A stretch of DNA of 42,350 nt from a virus (Duplodnaviria > Heunggongvirae > Uroviricota > Caudoviricetes), in IMG/VR virus record IMGVR_UViG_2636415673_000001, positions 1 through 42,350 of that record; one strand, given 5' to 3'. This document shows positions 32,059-41,005 of the stretch, in pieces (the first letter of the stretch is position 1; each line of letters starts with the position of its first letter). The notes below the pieces were generated by a model, which worked only from the letters and a program-made list of their open reading frames with translations, was not told the origin of the DNA and searched no databases. A program made the translations under genes and the position numbers.

Positions 32059-32718
32059 ATGAAAATGAAATGGTATGAACTGGCTAGATCCAGAATGAAA
32101 GAACTCGGCATAACTCAAGAGAAGTTAGCTGAAGAGCTTGGTATGACGCAGGGTGGAATTGGTCACTGGTTGCGCGGATCTCGTCATCCATCTCTTGACG
32201 AGATTGGTGTGGTGTTTAAATACCTTGGTATTGATAACGTCTCATTCAACCACGACGGTACATTTTCACCTGTTGGCGAATACTCATCTGCCCCCGTTAA
32301 AAAACAATATGAGTACCCTGTTTTTTCTCATGTTCAGGCCGGGATGTTCTCGCCTGAGCTTAGAACCTTTACCAAAGGTGATGCGGAGAGATGGGTCAGC
32401 ACAACCAAAAAAGCCAGTGATTGTGCGTTCTGGCTTGAAGTTGAAGGTAATTCCATGACCGCGCCAACAGGATCCAAGCCAAGCTTTCCTGACGGGATGT
32501 TAATTCTCGTTGACCCTGAGCAGGCTGTTGAGCCAGGTGATTTCTGCATAGCCAGACTTGGTGGTGACGAGTTTACCTTCAAGAAACTGATCAGGGATAG
32601 CGGTCAGGTGTTCCTACAGCCACTAAACCCGCAATATCCAATGATTCCATGCAATGATAGCTGTTCCGTAGTAGGGAAAGTTATCGCCAGCCAGTGGCCT
32701 GAAGAGACATTTAGTTAA
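32059..32718 (+). CDS. cI: CI repressor: non-lambda N-terminal HTH domain fused to lambda-type S24 autoprotease C-terminal domain
   Basis: C-terminal ~130 aa match lambda cI ([20 protein letters not shown]...), N-terminal ~90 aa do not; start 32059 or 32065. Confidence 0.9.
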   Translation: MKMKWYELARSRMKELGITQEKLAEELGMTQGGIGHWLRGSRHPSLDEIGVVFKYLGIDNVSFNHDGTFSPVGEYSSAPVKKQYEYPVFSHVQAGMFSPELRTFTKGDAERWVSTTKKASDCAFWLEVEGNSMTAPTGSKPSFPDGMLILVDPEQAVEPGDFCIARLGGDEFTFKKLIRDSGQVFLQPLNPQYPMIPCNDSCSVVGKVIASQWPEETFS

Positions 32719-32749
32719 CAGCCTCACAACTCTAAAACACACAACAATA

Positions 32750-32778
32750 ACCCGACCTTAGCGTCGGGTTTTCTTTTT
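32750..32778 (+). terminator. Intrinsic terminator after cI
   Basis: acccgac-ctta gc-gtcgggt hairpin followed by TTTTCTTTTT. Confidence 0.75.
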
Positions 32779-32819
32779 CCAAAATATAAACCCATTAAAT
32801 ACAAAGCGTTATAAAAAAC

Positions 32820-32890
32820 TAATTATATTTAGAACATTTTGTATTGACTCGATAAAGTACAAATCGTACTATTTAGCCATCAGCAGGACG
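32820..32890 (+). promoter_or_regulatory. pL promoter with oL operators
   Basis: ttgact at 32844..32849, -10-like gtactat ~32867..32873; downstream sequence matches the lambda pL leader into nutL. Confidence 0.65.
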
Positions 32891-32911
32891 TACTAACCAC
32901 CATGAAGGTGA

Positions 32912-32942
32912 CGCTCTTAAAAATTAAGCCCTGAAGAAGGGC
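32912..32942 (+). promoter_or_regulatory. nutL: nutL (boxA + boxB)
   Basis: boxA cgctctta 32912..32919; boxB gccctgaagaagggc 32928..32942, as in lambda nutL. Confidence 0.9.
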
Positions 32943-33052
32943 AGCATTCAAAGCAGAAGGCTTTGAGTAGCGCGAAATGCAGCTGCAAGACAGCAACCGT
33001 GGAGATAAGCATCACGGCGCGTTACTCAAAGCTAACTGACAGGAGAATCCAG

Positions 33053-33379
33053 ATGGATGCACAAACACGCCGCCGCGAACGTCGCGCAGAGAAACAGGCT
33101 CAATGGAAAGCAGCAAATCCCCTGTTGGTTGGGGTAAGCGCAAAACCAGTTAACCGCCCTATTCTCTCGCTGAATCGAAAACCGAAATCACGAGTAGAAA
33201 GCGCACTGAATCCGATAGACCTTACGGTGCTGGCTGAATACCACGAACAGATTGAAAGCAACCTGCAGCGTATTGAGCGCAAAAATCAGCGCACATGGTA
33301 CAGCAAGCCACGCAGTGAAATAGGTGTGACTTGTGTTGGTCGCCAGAAAATGAAATTAGGCAGCAAACCACTTATTTGA
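33053..33379 (+). CDS. N: Antiterminator N
   Basis: 108 aa matching lambda N (MDAQTRRRERRAEKQAQWKAANPLLVGVSAKPVNRP...); AGGAG RBS. Confidence 0.95.
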   Translation: MDAQTRRRERRAEKQAQWKAANPLLVGVSAKPVNRPILSLNRKPKSRVESALNPIDLTVLAEYHEQIESNLQRIERKNQRTWYSKPRSEIGVTCVGRQKMKLGSKPLI

Positions 33380-33387
33380 GGTGAGAT

Positions 33388-33858
33388 ATGACAAAATCAT
33401 GGAGCGTACCTTTTCCTGAATCAGAAACTGAACATGATGGAATGCCTGTTTTCTGGAGATTCCAGGCGACAGTTGAAGAAGATGGGATAAAAATATTCGC
33501 ACTTCAATATATAGCTTTTCATCAGACAGAGCATTATGCATGGTTGGTTCCTGCGCATTGGATTGTTAATTTTAAACCAGCACCAAATCAGTGGTTACAG
33601 GAATGGAAACAAAGGAGAAATAGATATGCAATTAAGAAAGTAGCAAAAAATGCAGAAAGATCTTTTGCATTCCCAACGAAGAAACTTGCCATTGAGAGTT
33701 TATTGCGCCGGAAGAAATACCATTTAATGAGAATCAAACAAGATTTGGCTGTTGTATCAACTCTTGTTGATGGGATGAAGAATATTGATACATCAACACC
33801 AGATATTGAATATAACTTTGGGCACAACCAAGAAACAGAAAATTGGGTATTTTATTAG
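33388..33858 (+). CDS. AT-rich hypothetical protein (moron) immediately downstream of N
   Basis: 156 aa; GAGG RBS; visibly AT-rich codon usage; followed by stem-loop and terminator; no family recognised. Confidence 0.6.
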   Translation: MTKSWSVPFPESETEHDGMPVFWRFQATVEEDGIKIFALQYIAFHQTEHYAWLVPAHWIVNFKPAPNQWLQEWKQRRNRYAIKKVAKNAERSFAFPTKKLAIESLLRRKKYHLMRIKQDLAVVSTLVDGMKNIDTSTPDIEYNFGHNQETENWVFY

Positions 33859-33872
33859 TACGAGTAAGCACT

Positions 33873-33900
33873 GTGTATTCATTCCAACGAGTGAATACAC
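33873..33900 (+). other. Stable stem-loop without U-tract
   Basis: 9-bp stem gtgtattca/tgaatacac with 9-10-nt loop, 15 nt after the moron stop. Confidence 0.4.
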
Positions 33901-33962
33901 GGAGCAATGTCGCTCGTAACTAAACAGGAGCCGACTTGTTCTGATTATTGGAAATCTTCTTT

Positions 33963-33987
33963 GCCCTCCAATGTGAGGGCCTTTTTA
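33963..33987 (+). terminator. Intrinsic terminator (tL1-like)
   Basis: gccctc-caatgt-gagggc hairpin followed by CTTTTTAT. Confidence 0.7.
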
Positions 33988-34052
33988 TATGCATACCAAT
34001 AACGCTTCACTCGAGGCGTTTTCGTTATGCAATCAAACAGAAGGAGCATCCT

Positions 34053-34223
34053 ATGCAACAGTTCGCTATTGCAGGGGCGGCATCGGTTCGCCCTTTCAAC
34101 CCGATTTTATCGGTGCAGCATTCACGAAAAAATATTTTAACCGGAGCAGACTTTAAACAACCTCGCGTTAAGAGCTTGCTGGATCGTCTTGTTGAGTTTC
34201 TGAATCAAAAGGTACAGCCATGA
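34053..34223 (+). CDS. CIII-like small protein (putative FtsH inhibitor)
   Basis: 56 aa; AAGGAG RBS; loose resemblance to lambda CIII (MQ.FAIAG...L.D.L..LNQ); assignment tentative. Confidence 0.4.
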   Translation: MQQFAIAGAASVRPFNPILSVQHSRKNILTGADFKQPRVKSLLDRLVEFLNQKVQP

Positions 34224-34384
34224 AAAAACCAACTTACGAGGAACGGGAAGAAGCCCTGAAAGAGCTTAGAAGAATGGCTTTCGCCAGACGCACTAACTCT
34301 CACAACTGCGGCCCATTTCAGTACTCTGATTTATGCGAGGACATCATTGAGGTAACTCAACTGATTAAGGTCGTTAAGCAATGA
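34220..34384 (+). CDS. Small hypothetical early protein
   Basis: 54 aa; ATGA-coupled to upstream ORF. Confidence 0.4.
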   Translation: MKKPTYEEREEALKELRRMAFARRTNSHNCGPFQYSDLCEDIIEVTQLIKVVKQ

Positions 34385-34539
34385 GCATTGCGGATACATG
34401 GTCAGACGAAGAATTCATTCGTCAGATGAAAGATTTAATCGGTAACGAAGGAGATATTCATGTCACTTGCAACCACAGTGAAGGAGAGCAAGTTACAGAG
34501 ACGCATGTACACACAGAAAGCTCTCTGGTATCGCCATAA
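34381..34539 (+). CDS. Small hypothetical early protein
   Basis: 52 aa; ATGA-coupled. Confidence 0.35.
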   Translation: MSIADTWSDEEFIRQMKDLIGNEGDIHVTCNHSEGEQVTETHVHTESSLVSP

Positions 34540-34640
34540 TGGCGACCGCGAAGGAATGCGGGTATGCCTTAATTTGTCCCGAGTCGAAGTATTAAATCAG
34601 CGTTATTTCCTTGGGCCATGTCCATTCTGAGAACAATCAT

Positions 34641-35246
34641 ATGAGCAAAGAATTTTACGCAAGACTGGCAGCTATTCAGGAGAATCTGAACGCGCCAAAG
34701 AATCAGTACAACTCATTCGGTAAATATAAATACAGAAGCTGCGAAGACATTCTTGAAGGCGTTAAGCCGTTACTGAATGGCCTGTTTTTATCAATCAGCG
34801 ATGAAGTTGTGTTGATTGGTGATCGGTATTATGTGAAAGCCACGGCAACTATTACCGATGGCGAAAACAGTCATACGGCAACCGCTCTTGCACGAGAGGA
34901 AGAAAGCAAGAAAGGAATGGATTCTGCACAAGTTACGGGAGCCACAAGCTCTTATGCACGCAAGTATTGCCTCAATGGTTTGTTCGGCATTGATGATGCG
35001 AAAGATGCAGATACCGACGAGCATAAACATCAGCAGAACGCAGCAGCAAAGCAATCAAAACCATCACCTACACCTGAACAGGTTCTAAAAGCATTCACTG
35101 ACGCAGCATTGCAGAAAAACACCGTGGAAGAGCTTAAACAGGCGTTCGCCAAAGCGTGGAAGATGCTCGAAGGCACACCGGAGCAGCACAAAGCGCAGGA
35201 CGTTTACAACATCAGACGAGACGAATTAGAAGGAGCTGCTGCTTAA
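34641..35246 (+). CDS. erf: Erf single-strand annealing recombinase
   Basis: N-terminus MSKEFYARLAAIQENLNAPKNQYNSFGKYKYRSCEDILEGVKP matches P22 Erf. Confidence 0.9.
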   Translation: MSKEFYARLAAIQENLNAPKNQYNSFGKYKYRSCEDILEGVKPLLNGLFLSISDEVVLIGDRYYVKATATITDGENSHTATALAREEESKKGMDSAQVTGATSSYARKYCLNGLFGIDDAKDADTDEHKHQQNAAAKQSKPSPTPEQVLKAFTDAALQKNTVEELKQAFAKAWKMLEGTPEQHKAQDVYNIRRDELEGAAA

Positions 35247-35629
35247 TGGCACATTCGATTACTGTAAGACTAAACAAGCCCGCAAGAGAGTTTCAGGCCG
35301 GGGAAAATATCGGATTCAACATCCGTGCTGGCGTTCAGTATTACGATCGCCAGACAAAAAAGAAAGAATGGACAAACTACAGCGCCGTTGTATTTGCCAA
35401 GCCGGGAGCGCAAGCGGATTACTACCGTAGTGTTCTTGTTGAAGGTGGCATTGTAGAAATTACCGGAGAAAACATCAGGGTTGATGTTTATCAGGGGCAA
35501 AATGGTCAATCAATCACTCTTGAATTACTGAATGCAAAGATTGGATTTGCAACTTCAGGAAACAGCCAACAGCAGCAAAGTAGCAATCATCAAAATCATC
35601 CTGAATACGACGATTCAATTCCCTTCTAA
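35246..35629 (+). CDS. SSB-like protein with canonical acidic C-terminal tip (DDSIPF)
   Basis: 127 aa; stop-start overlap with erf (TAATG); AGGAG RBS; C-terminal ...PEYDDSIPF resembles the E. coli SSB tail DDDIPF. Confidence 0.6.
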   Translation: MAHSITVRLNKPAREFQAGENIGFNIRAGVQYYDRQTKKKEWTNYSAVVFAKPGAQADYYRSVLVEGGIVEITGENIRVDVYQGQNGQSITLELLNAKIGFATSGNSQQQQSSNHQNHPEYDDSIPF

Positions 35630-35652
35630 AGTAGCAACATAAGGATTCCATT

Positions 35653-35949
35653 ATGCCAGCGCCTCTGTATGGTGCGGATGACCCACGCCGCTGTTCCGGC
35701 AATTCCGTATCGGAAGTGCTGGATAAATTCAGAAAAAACTACGATCGAATAATGTCTCTACCGCAGGAATCGAAAGAGGAAAAGGAATTTCGCCACTGTA
35801 TATGGCTTGCAGAGAAAGAAGAACGAGAGCGAATTTACCAGACATCAATCCGACCATTCCGCAAAGCCACATATACCCACTTCCCTGAATATATCGACCC
35901 GCGCCTGCGTAATTACCGCTCACGCTATGGCGCTATCAGTAATGACTGA
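35653..35949 (+). CDS. Hypothetical early protein (size and position compatible with a P22 Abc-type anti-RecBCD protein; not verified)
   Basis: 98-aa ORF with RBS. Confidence 0.5.
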   Translation: MPAPLYGADDPRRCSGNSVSEVLDKFRKNYDRIMSLPQESKEEKEFRHCIWLAEKEERERIYQTSIRPFRKATYTHFPEYIDPRLRNYRSRYGAISND

Positions 35950-35959
35950 GGAATTTACC

Positions 35960-36124
35960 ATGAGAGGACTTGCATACAATCCCGGCATTCTTCCGGCAGA
36001 AATGATTATTCGCCAACGCGTAAAGCCAATGCCATCGAGAGAGGAATTGCTTAAGAGAAATTCTTTTCCTTCAGTGAATCAAAACAAATATCTGAATGCG
36101 ATGTGGCGGAGTGGGAAGAAATGA
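35960..36124 (+). CDS. Small hypothetical protein
   Basis: 54 aa; GAGGA RBS. Confidence 0.4.
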   Translation: MRGLAYNPGILPAEMIIRQRVKPMPSREELLKRNSFPSVNQNKYLNAMWRSGKK

Positions 36125-36627
36125 AACAAATGTCACTAATTGAGATGGATGGATTTCTGAAAGGTAAATGCATCCCACGAGATTTAAAGGTTAACGAAAC
36201 AAACGCTGAATATCTGGTGCGTAAATTTGCTGAAGCGGAGGCCAAGATTTCGGCTCTGTCCGAAGACCACCAGAAAGCGATTGAGTCAATTAAGCAGGCT
36301 GATGCAGCTGTTAAATTGGCACACGAGAAGTTTTCAGCGCTTGCGGCGGAGAATGCGGGGCTGAATAAATTTATCGCACAGAGTTGCTACGTGTTTGATG
36401 GCGAGCAGGATGAGCTATCTGATGCGTATATCTGCGCAATAGACGGAAAGATGCCGCAAACCCCAGCCACCGATGCTTTCCTGGCTGAAATTGAACGCAA
36501 AGCAATCCGCAAGTTCATTAACAGCATTGAATACATCCTGCGTGACAAGTTGTCACCGTATGACACCGAAGAGATGCTTGAAGCTATGCGTATTTTTCTG
36601 GAAGAACAGGGAGGTGAGCAAAAATGA
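36121..36627 (+). CDS. Hypothetical early protein
   Basis: 168 aa from ATG overlapping upstream stop (ATGA). Confidence 0.55.
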   Translation: MKQMSLIEMDGFLKGKCIPRDLKVNETNAEYLVRKFAEAEAKISALSEDHQKAIESIKQADAAVKLAHEKFSALAAENAGLNKFIAQSCYVFDGEQDELSDAYICAIDGKMPQTPATDAFLAEIERKAIRKFINSIEYILRDKLSPYDTEEMLEAMRIFLEEQGGEQK

Positions 36628-36929
36628 CGATCACAAAACAACGGGTAGAAGAAATCATATCCCGCATTGAAATGTATGGGCATGGCGCAGGGTATACCGC
36701 CGAAGAGGTTTATGACCTGGCTGTACTGGCGCTGAATTTATCAAATATCGCAAACCTGAAGCGATACGAGCTTGATATGGGTGGTTGTGACTCGTGCGGT
36801 CAGGATTGTGGCGCTGACATGACTGAAGATTCTGATGGCGATTATGTCCTGTTTGATGACGTAGTTAAGTTGTTTGAGTTTGATACATTCGAAAGCCCAG
36901 CAAAGGAGGCAACCAGTGAGCAAGATTGA
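36624..36929 (+). CDS. Hypothetical acidic protein
   Basis: 101 aa; GGGAGGTGAG RBS. Confidence 0.55.
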   Translation: MTITKQRVEEIISRIEMYGHGAGYTAEEVYDLAVLALNLSNIANLKRYELDMGGCDSCGQDCGADMTEDSDGDYVLFDDVVKLFEFDTFESPAKEATSEQD

Positions 36930-37779
36930 CTATCAGGCACTGCGTGAGGCGGCAGAGAAAGCAACGTGTGGCGAGTGGTCGCTCGAATATGGAAAGGGCC
37001 GATTTGATGGTGATGATGCACTAATTCATCGTGAAGTTGCTGGATATATTCCTATTTGCAGAATTGAAGGAGCGCATCCTGAAAGTGGTTTCGATGAAGA
37101 TTTCCAAATGGAACAGCAGGCCAATGCTGAATTCATCGCCGCAGCCAATCCAGCTACCGTGCTGGCATTACTGGATGAACTGGAAAGAAACCAGCAATAC
37201 ATCAAATCCCGCGACCAGGAGAACGAGGATATTGCGCTAACGGTTGGGAGGCTGCTAATCGAAAACGGCCAGCTTGTTGCCGATACGCTACGCCACTTAG
37301 CTGATAACGAAATCGACTCTGATTATTTTGCTATCACCTCAACGAATGAGAACGGTACTGAAATTGATCATGAGATGGCTATTACCGATTACGCACTGCA
37401 AGCTGCCGGAACTGTAGACGAGTTGATAGCAGCGCTGGAAGCCGCAGAGAAGCGCAACGCAAAATTACAAAGCGAGAATGCATACATCCGCAACAGGTAC
37501 AAAGAACTGGACCTATTAATCGGGAAAAACATTCTGGTCATGCAGGCTGCGATTATCGAATGGCAGGCAACTGGCGACGCTAAGAGCGGACTGGCATGGA
37601 TTTATAACACACTGTTTGGCCCTGGCGAATTGCCGGACGAATCTGAGAAAGATGCTCAGGCCTACTTTAATCGCAAATATGCACCGATTGACGAAAAGCT
37701 CATGGAGCTTCACAAGTGGTTTTGGGAACAAAGTGAAGCCGAGCGCGCCGCTGGTATTCACATAAAAGGAGGTGAGTAG
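36916..37779 (+). CDS. Ea22-like early protein
   Basis: GTG start with AAGGAGG RBS 6 nt upstream; lambda ea22-family-like architecture in the expected position. Confidence 0.6.
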   Translation: MSKIDYQALREAAEKATCGEWSLEYGKGRFDGDDALIHREVAGYIPICRIEGAHPESGFDEDFQMEQQANAEFIAAANPATVLALLDELERNQQYIKSRDQENEDIALTVGRLLIENGQLVADTLRHLADNEIDSDYFAITSTNENGTEIDHEMAITDYALQAAGTVDELIAALEAAEKRNAKLQSENAYIRNRYKELDLLIGKNILVMQAAIIEWQATGDAKSGLAWIYNTLFGPGELPDESEKDAQAYFNRKYAPIDEKLMELHKWFWEQSEAERAAGIHIKGGE

Positions 37780-37784
37780 TGCGT

Positions 37785-37952
37785 GTGGCATGTATCGGCT
37801 TGTTACCGTACCCGACTCGTTTTTGGGCTTCTGCGCTAATTGCAAAGCCGCATGTCCTGATGGCTGACAGGATCATTCCGGCACCGAAACGCCGTACAGG
37901 CGTTGCAGCGGCGAAACGAGCAGCAAAGAAACGCAGGAGAGCAAAACGATGA
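37785..37952 (+). CDS. Small Lys/Arg-rich hypothetical protein
   Basis: 55 aa from GTG after AAGGAGGTGAG. Confidence 0.3.
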   Translation: MACIGLLPYPTRFWASALIAKPHVLMADRIIPAPKRRTGVAAAKRAAKKRRRAKR

Positions 37953-38137
37953 AAAACCGTAAAGCAAAAATCCTATTAGCTCGCAGAAACGGTGTTGGGG
38001 TCTGGCGATGGGTGAGGATTAGTAACAGACGGTTGAGGCTTACGGGGTTTTTAGGGGTGATGGGGCACAGCTGTTGCAAAAAGCCCAGCGCGGCGCAAAA
38101 CCGATGGAAAAACCACTTGCGCACTAAAGGAGAGTGA
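37949..38137 (+). CDS. Small basic hypothetical protein
   Basis: 62 aa; CAGGAGAG RBS. Confidence 0.4.
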   Translation: MKNRKAKILLARRNGVGVWRWVRISNRRLRLTGFLGVMGHSCCKKPSAAQNRWKNHLRTKGE

Positions 38138-38138
38138 G

Positions 38139-38330
38139 ATGAACGGACAAATATCAATTGTTCGACCGGGAGCATGTGACGATCGCGAGATACGAATGAT
38201 TATTCGTCTGGCAATGGGGAAAACAATAACTGCTCTCATTACTCCTGAAAATCTCGCATTAGCATTAACAGGAAAGTCAGACCTGCCAGTAGAGCTAAAG
38301 CTGCGAAACGTTGAGATTAAAGTGAAATAG
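38139..38330 (+). CDS. Small hypothetical protein
   Basis: 63 aa; AAAGGAGAG RBS. Confidence 0.45.
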   Translation: MNGQISIVRPGACDDREIRMIIRLAMGKTITALITPENLALALTGKSDLPVELKLRNVEIKVK

Positions 38331-38332
38331 TT

Positions 38333-38878
38333 ATGAATACTCTTACCAAAGAATGGTTACAGAACACGATTACCAGCATTGAGTCAGCACGGGATGAAAT
38401 ACCGTTCGGACTCGATGAAGATCAAAACAACATGCTTACCGCATTAAAAATTGCACTGGCATCGCTGGAAGCCGAACCTGTAAGCCAGACTTACAACTTG
38501 CCAGAATTAATCGAAGGGATGGAAGTTTCCATTGATGTAAGCACTTGTGATGCTGATTTAGGTAATCGCTATTTCGGCACCGTCACCGAGGCGTTAGAAC
38601 TTGATACTGCCAAGAATGGTTACATCCTCCTGGTTCAGGACGCAGAGCCAAACTTCGATGTAAATGGCAACTCTCCGGTAACTCCGGATGGTTGGATAAG
38701 CTGTAGTGAGCGAATGCCGAACGACGCGCAGTGGTGCGTAGTGAACACAGAATACGGGTATTACGTGCAATGCTGGTCTGAAGGTCAAGGGTGGCTTGGT
38801 GATGATACCAGCATCCCTGAATGCGATGTAATCAATTGGATGCCGCTACCAGAACCACCGCAGGAGGTGAATCCGTGA
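38333..38878 (+). CDS. DUF551-domain protein
   Basis: 181 aa; C-terminal W..C....P......INWMPLPEPP motif shared with 21705..21923. Confidence 0.6.
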   Translation: MNTLTKEWLQNTITSIESARDEIPFGLDEDQNNMLTALKIALASLEAEPVSQTYNLPELIEGMEVSIDVSTCDADLGNRYFGTVTEALELDTAKNGYILLVQDAEPNFDVNGNSPVTPDGWISCSERMPNDAQWCVVNTEYGYYVQCWSEGQGWLGDDTSIPECDVINWMPLPEPPQEVNP

Positions 38879-39102
38879 GTAAATCAGAATTCCTCCAAAA
38901 GTTAGACTCGCTCGCTTCAGAGTGTCACGCACTGGCCTGCCAGCTAGACATTGGCGATGAACGCACTGAGATGTTTGAAATATACAACGTGCTGAGAAGC
39001 CTTGGACGTAGCGGATATGCAAGCCAGATAAGCAAAGGTACCAACCCACTGTTATGGGCGGTTGACGATAACGACGATGATTGGGATGAGGATGATGAGT
39101 GA
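38875..39102 (+). CDS. Small acidic hypothetical protein
   Basis: GTG start after CAGGAGGTGA; acidic C-terminus DDNDDDWDEDDE. Confidence 0.45.
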   Translation: MSKSEFLQKLDSLASECHALACQLDIGDERTEMFEIYNVLRSLGRSGYASQISKGTNPLLWAVDDNDDDWDEDDE

Positions 39103-39386
39103 TGGCTAACCTTCAACTGGCAGTTAACGGTGAATACTTCGACCAGATGAAGTCAGGTGAGAAAACGGAAGAGTATCGCCTGTGTAATAACTACTGGAAT
39201 AAGCGAATCATGTTCCGGGAATATGACCGCCTGATTATCACAAAGGGATATCCGAAGCGCGACGATTCCAGCCGCAGAATTGATATTCCGTATGACGGAT
39301 ATGAAATCAAGACAATCACACATCCGCACTTTGGCGATAAACCGGTAAAGGTGTTCGCGATAAAGGTAAATATCGGCAATAAATAA
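39102..39386 (+). CDS. Hypothetical protein
   Basis: 94-aa ORF overlapping upstream stop. Confidence 0.5.
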   Translation: MANLQLAVNGEYFDQMKSGEKTEEYRLCNNYWNKRIMFREYDRLIITKGYPKRDDSSRRIDIPYDGYEIKTITHPHFGDKPVKVFAIKVNIGNK

Positions 39387-39387
39387 C

Positions 39388-39417
39388 AATCCTCGCACTC
39401 GCGGGGATTTATTTTAT
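39388..39417 (+). terminator. Intrinsic terminator
   Basis: aatcctcgc-actc-gcggggatt hairpin (one G-U) followed by TATTTTAT. Confidence 0.55.
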
Positions 39418-39458
39418 CTGAACTCGCTACGGCGGGTTTTGTTTTATGGAGATGATAA

Positions 39459-39626
39459 ATGCACTTCCGAGTCACAGGTGAATGGAATGGAGAACCATTC
39501 AACAGAGTTATCGAAGCAGAGAACATCAACGACTGCTATGACCACTGGATGCTGTGGGCGCAGATAGCACATGCAGACGTAACCAATATTCGAATTGAAG
39601 AACTGAAAGAACACCAAGCCGCCTGA
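39459..39626 (+). CDS. orf55-like small protein
   Basis: 55 aa, below the ORF-track cutoff; GGAG RBS; same position as lambda orf55 upstream of xis. Confidence 0.5.
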   Translation: MHFRVTGEWNGEPFNRVIEAENINDCYDHWMLWAQIAHADVTNIRIEELKEHQAA

Positions 39627-39639
39627 TGGCGGTTTTTTC
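39618..39639 (+). terminator. Intrinsic terminator
   Basis: ccgcc-tgat-ggcgg hairpin followed by TTTTTTC. Confidence 0.6.
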
Positions 39640-39665
39640 TTGCGTGTAATTGCGGAGACTTTGCG

Positions 39666-39884
39666 ATGTACTTAACACTTCAGGAGTGGAACGCACGCCA
39701 GCGGCGCCCAAGAAGCCTTGAAACAGTTCGTCGATGGGTGCGCGAATGCAGGATATTCCCTCCTCCGGTTAAGGATGGAAGAGAGTATCTGTTCCACGAA
39801 TCAGCGGTAAAGGTTGACTTAAATCGACCAGTAACAGGTAGCCTTTTGAAGAGGATCAGAAATGGGAAGAAGGCGAAGTCATGA
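39666..39884 (+). CDS. xis: Excisionase Xis
   Basis: 72 aa matching lambda Xis. Confidence 0.95.
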   Translation: MYLTLQEWNARQRRPRSLETVRRWVRECRIFPPPVKDGREYLFHESAVKVDLNRPVTGSLLKRIRNGKKAKS

Positions 39885-40932
39885 GCGCCGGGATTTACCC
39901 CCTAACCTTTATATAAGAAACAATGGATATTACTGCTACAGGGACCCAAGGACGGGTAAAGAGTTCGGATTAGGCAGAGACAGGAGGATAGCAATCACTG
40001 AAGCTATACAGGCCAACATTGAGTTATTTTCAGGACACAAACACAAGCCTCTGACAGCGAGAATCAACAGTGATAATTCTGTTACGTTACATTCATGGCT
40101 TGATCGCTACGAAAAAATCCTCGCCAGCAGAGGAATCAAGCAGAAGACACTCATAAATTACATGAGCAAAATTAAAGCAATAAGGAGGGGTCTGCCTGAT
40201 GCTCCACTTGAAGACATCACCACAAAAGAAATTGCGGCAATGCTCAATGGATACATAGACGAGGGCAAGGCGGCGTCAGCCAAGTTAATCAGATCAACAC
40301 TGAGCGATGCATTCCGAGAGGCAATAGCTGAAGGCCATATAACAACAAACCCGGTCGCTGCCACTCGCGCAGCAAAATCAGAGGTAAGGAGATCAAGACT
40401 TACGGCTGACGAATACCTGAAAATTTATCAAGCAGCAGAATCATCACCATGTTGGCTTAGACTTGCAATGGAACTGGCTGTTGTTACCGGGCAGCGAGTT
40501 GGTGATTTATGCGAAATGAAGTGGTCTGATATCGTAGATGGATATCTTTATGTCGAGCAAAGCAAAACAGGCGTAAAAATTGCCATCCCAACAGCATTGC
40601 ATGTTGATGCTCTCGGAATATCAATGAAGGAAACACTTGATAAATGCAAAGAGATTCTTGGCGGAGAAACCATAATTGCATCTACTCGTCGCGAACCGCT
40701 TTCATCCGGCACAGTATCAAGGTATTTTATGCGCGCACGAAAAGCATCAGGTCTTTCCTTCGAAGGGGATCCGCCTACCTTTCACGAGTTGCGCAGTTTG
40801 TCTGCAAGACTCTATGAGAAGCAGATAAGCGATAAGTTTGCTCAACATCTTCTCGGGCATAAGTCGGACACCATGGCATCACAGTATCGTGATGACAGAG
40901 GCAGGGAGTGGGACAAAATTGAAATCAAATAA
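39862..40932 (+). CDS. int: Integrase Int (tyrosine recombinase)
   Basis: 356 aa matching lambda Int; overlaps xis 3' end. Confidence 0.95.
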   Translation: MGRRRSHERRDLPPNLYIRNNGYYCYRDPRTGKEFGLGRDRRIAITEAIQANIELFSGHKHKPLTARINSDNSVTLHSWLDRYEKILASRGIKQKTLINYMSKIKAIRRGLPDAPLEDITTKEIAAMLNGYIDEGKAASAKLIRSTLSDAFREAIAEGHITTNPVAATRAAKSEVRRSRLTADEYLKIYQAAESSPCWLRLAMELAVVTGQRVGDLCEMKWSDIVDGYLYVEQSKTGVKIAIPTALHVDALGISMKETLDKCKEILGGETIIASTRREPLSSGTVSRYFMRARKASGLSFEGDPPTFHELRSLSARLYEKQISDKFAQHLLGHKSDTMASQYRDDRGREWDKIEIK

Positions 40933-41005
40933 TGATTTTATTTTGACTGATAGTGACCTGTTCGTTGCAACAAATTGATAAGCAATGCTTTTTTATAATG
41001 CCAAC
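40933..41005. promoter_or_regulatory. lambda attP P' arm (Int arm-type and IHF sites)
   Basis: Matches remembered lambda P' arm; arm-type motif ctgatagtgacctg. Confidence 0.8.

Noticed and set aside
32719-32819. rexA/rexB exclusion genes between cI and pL
   Set aside because: Only ~100 bp separate the cI stop from pL, containing a terminator and no ORF.
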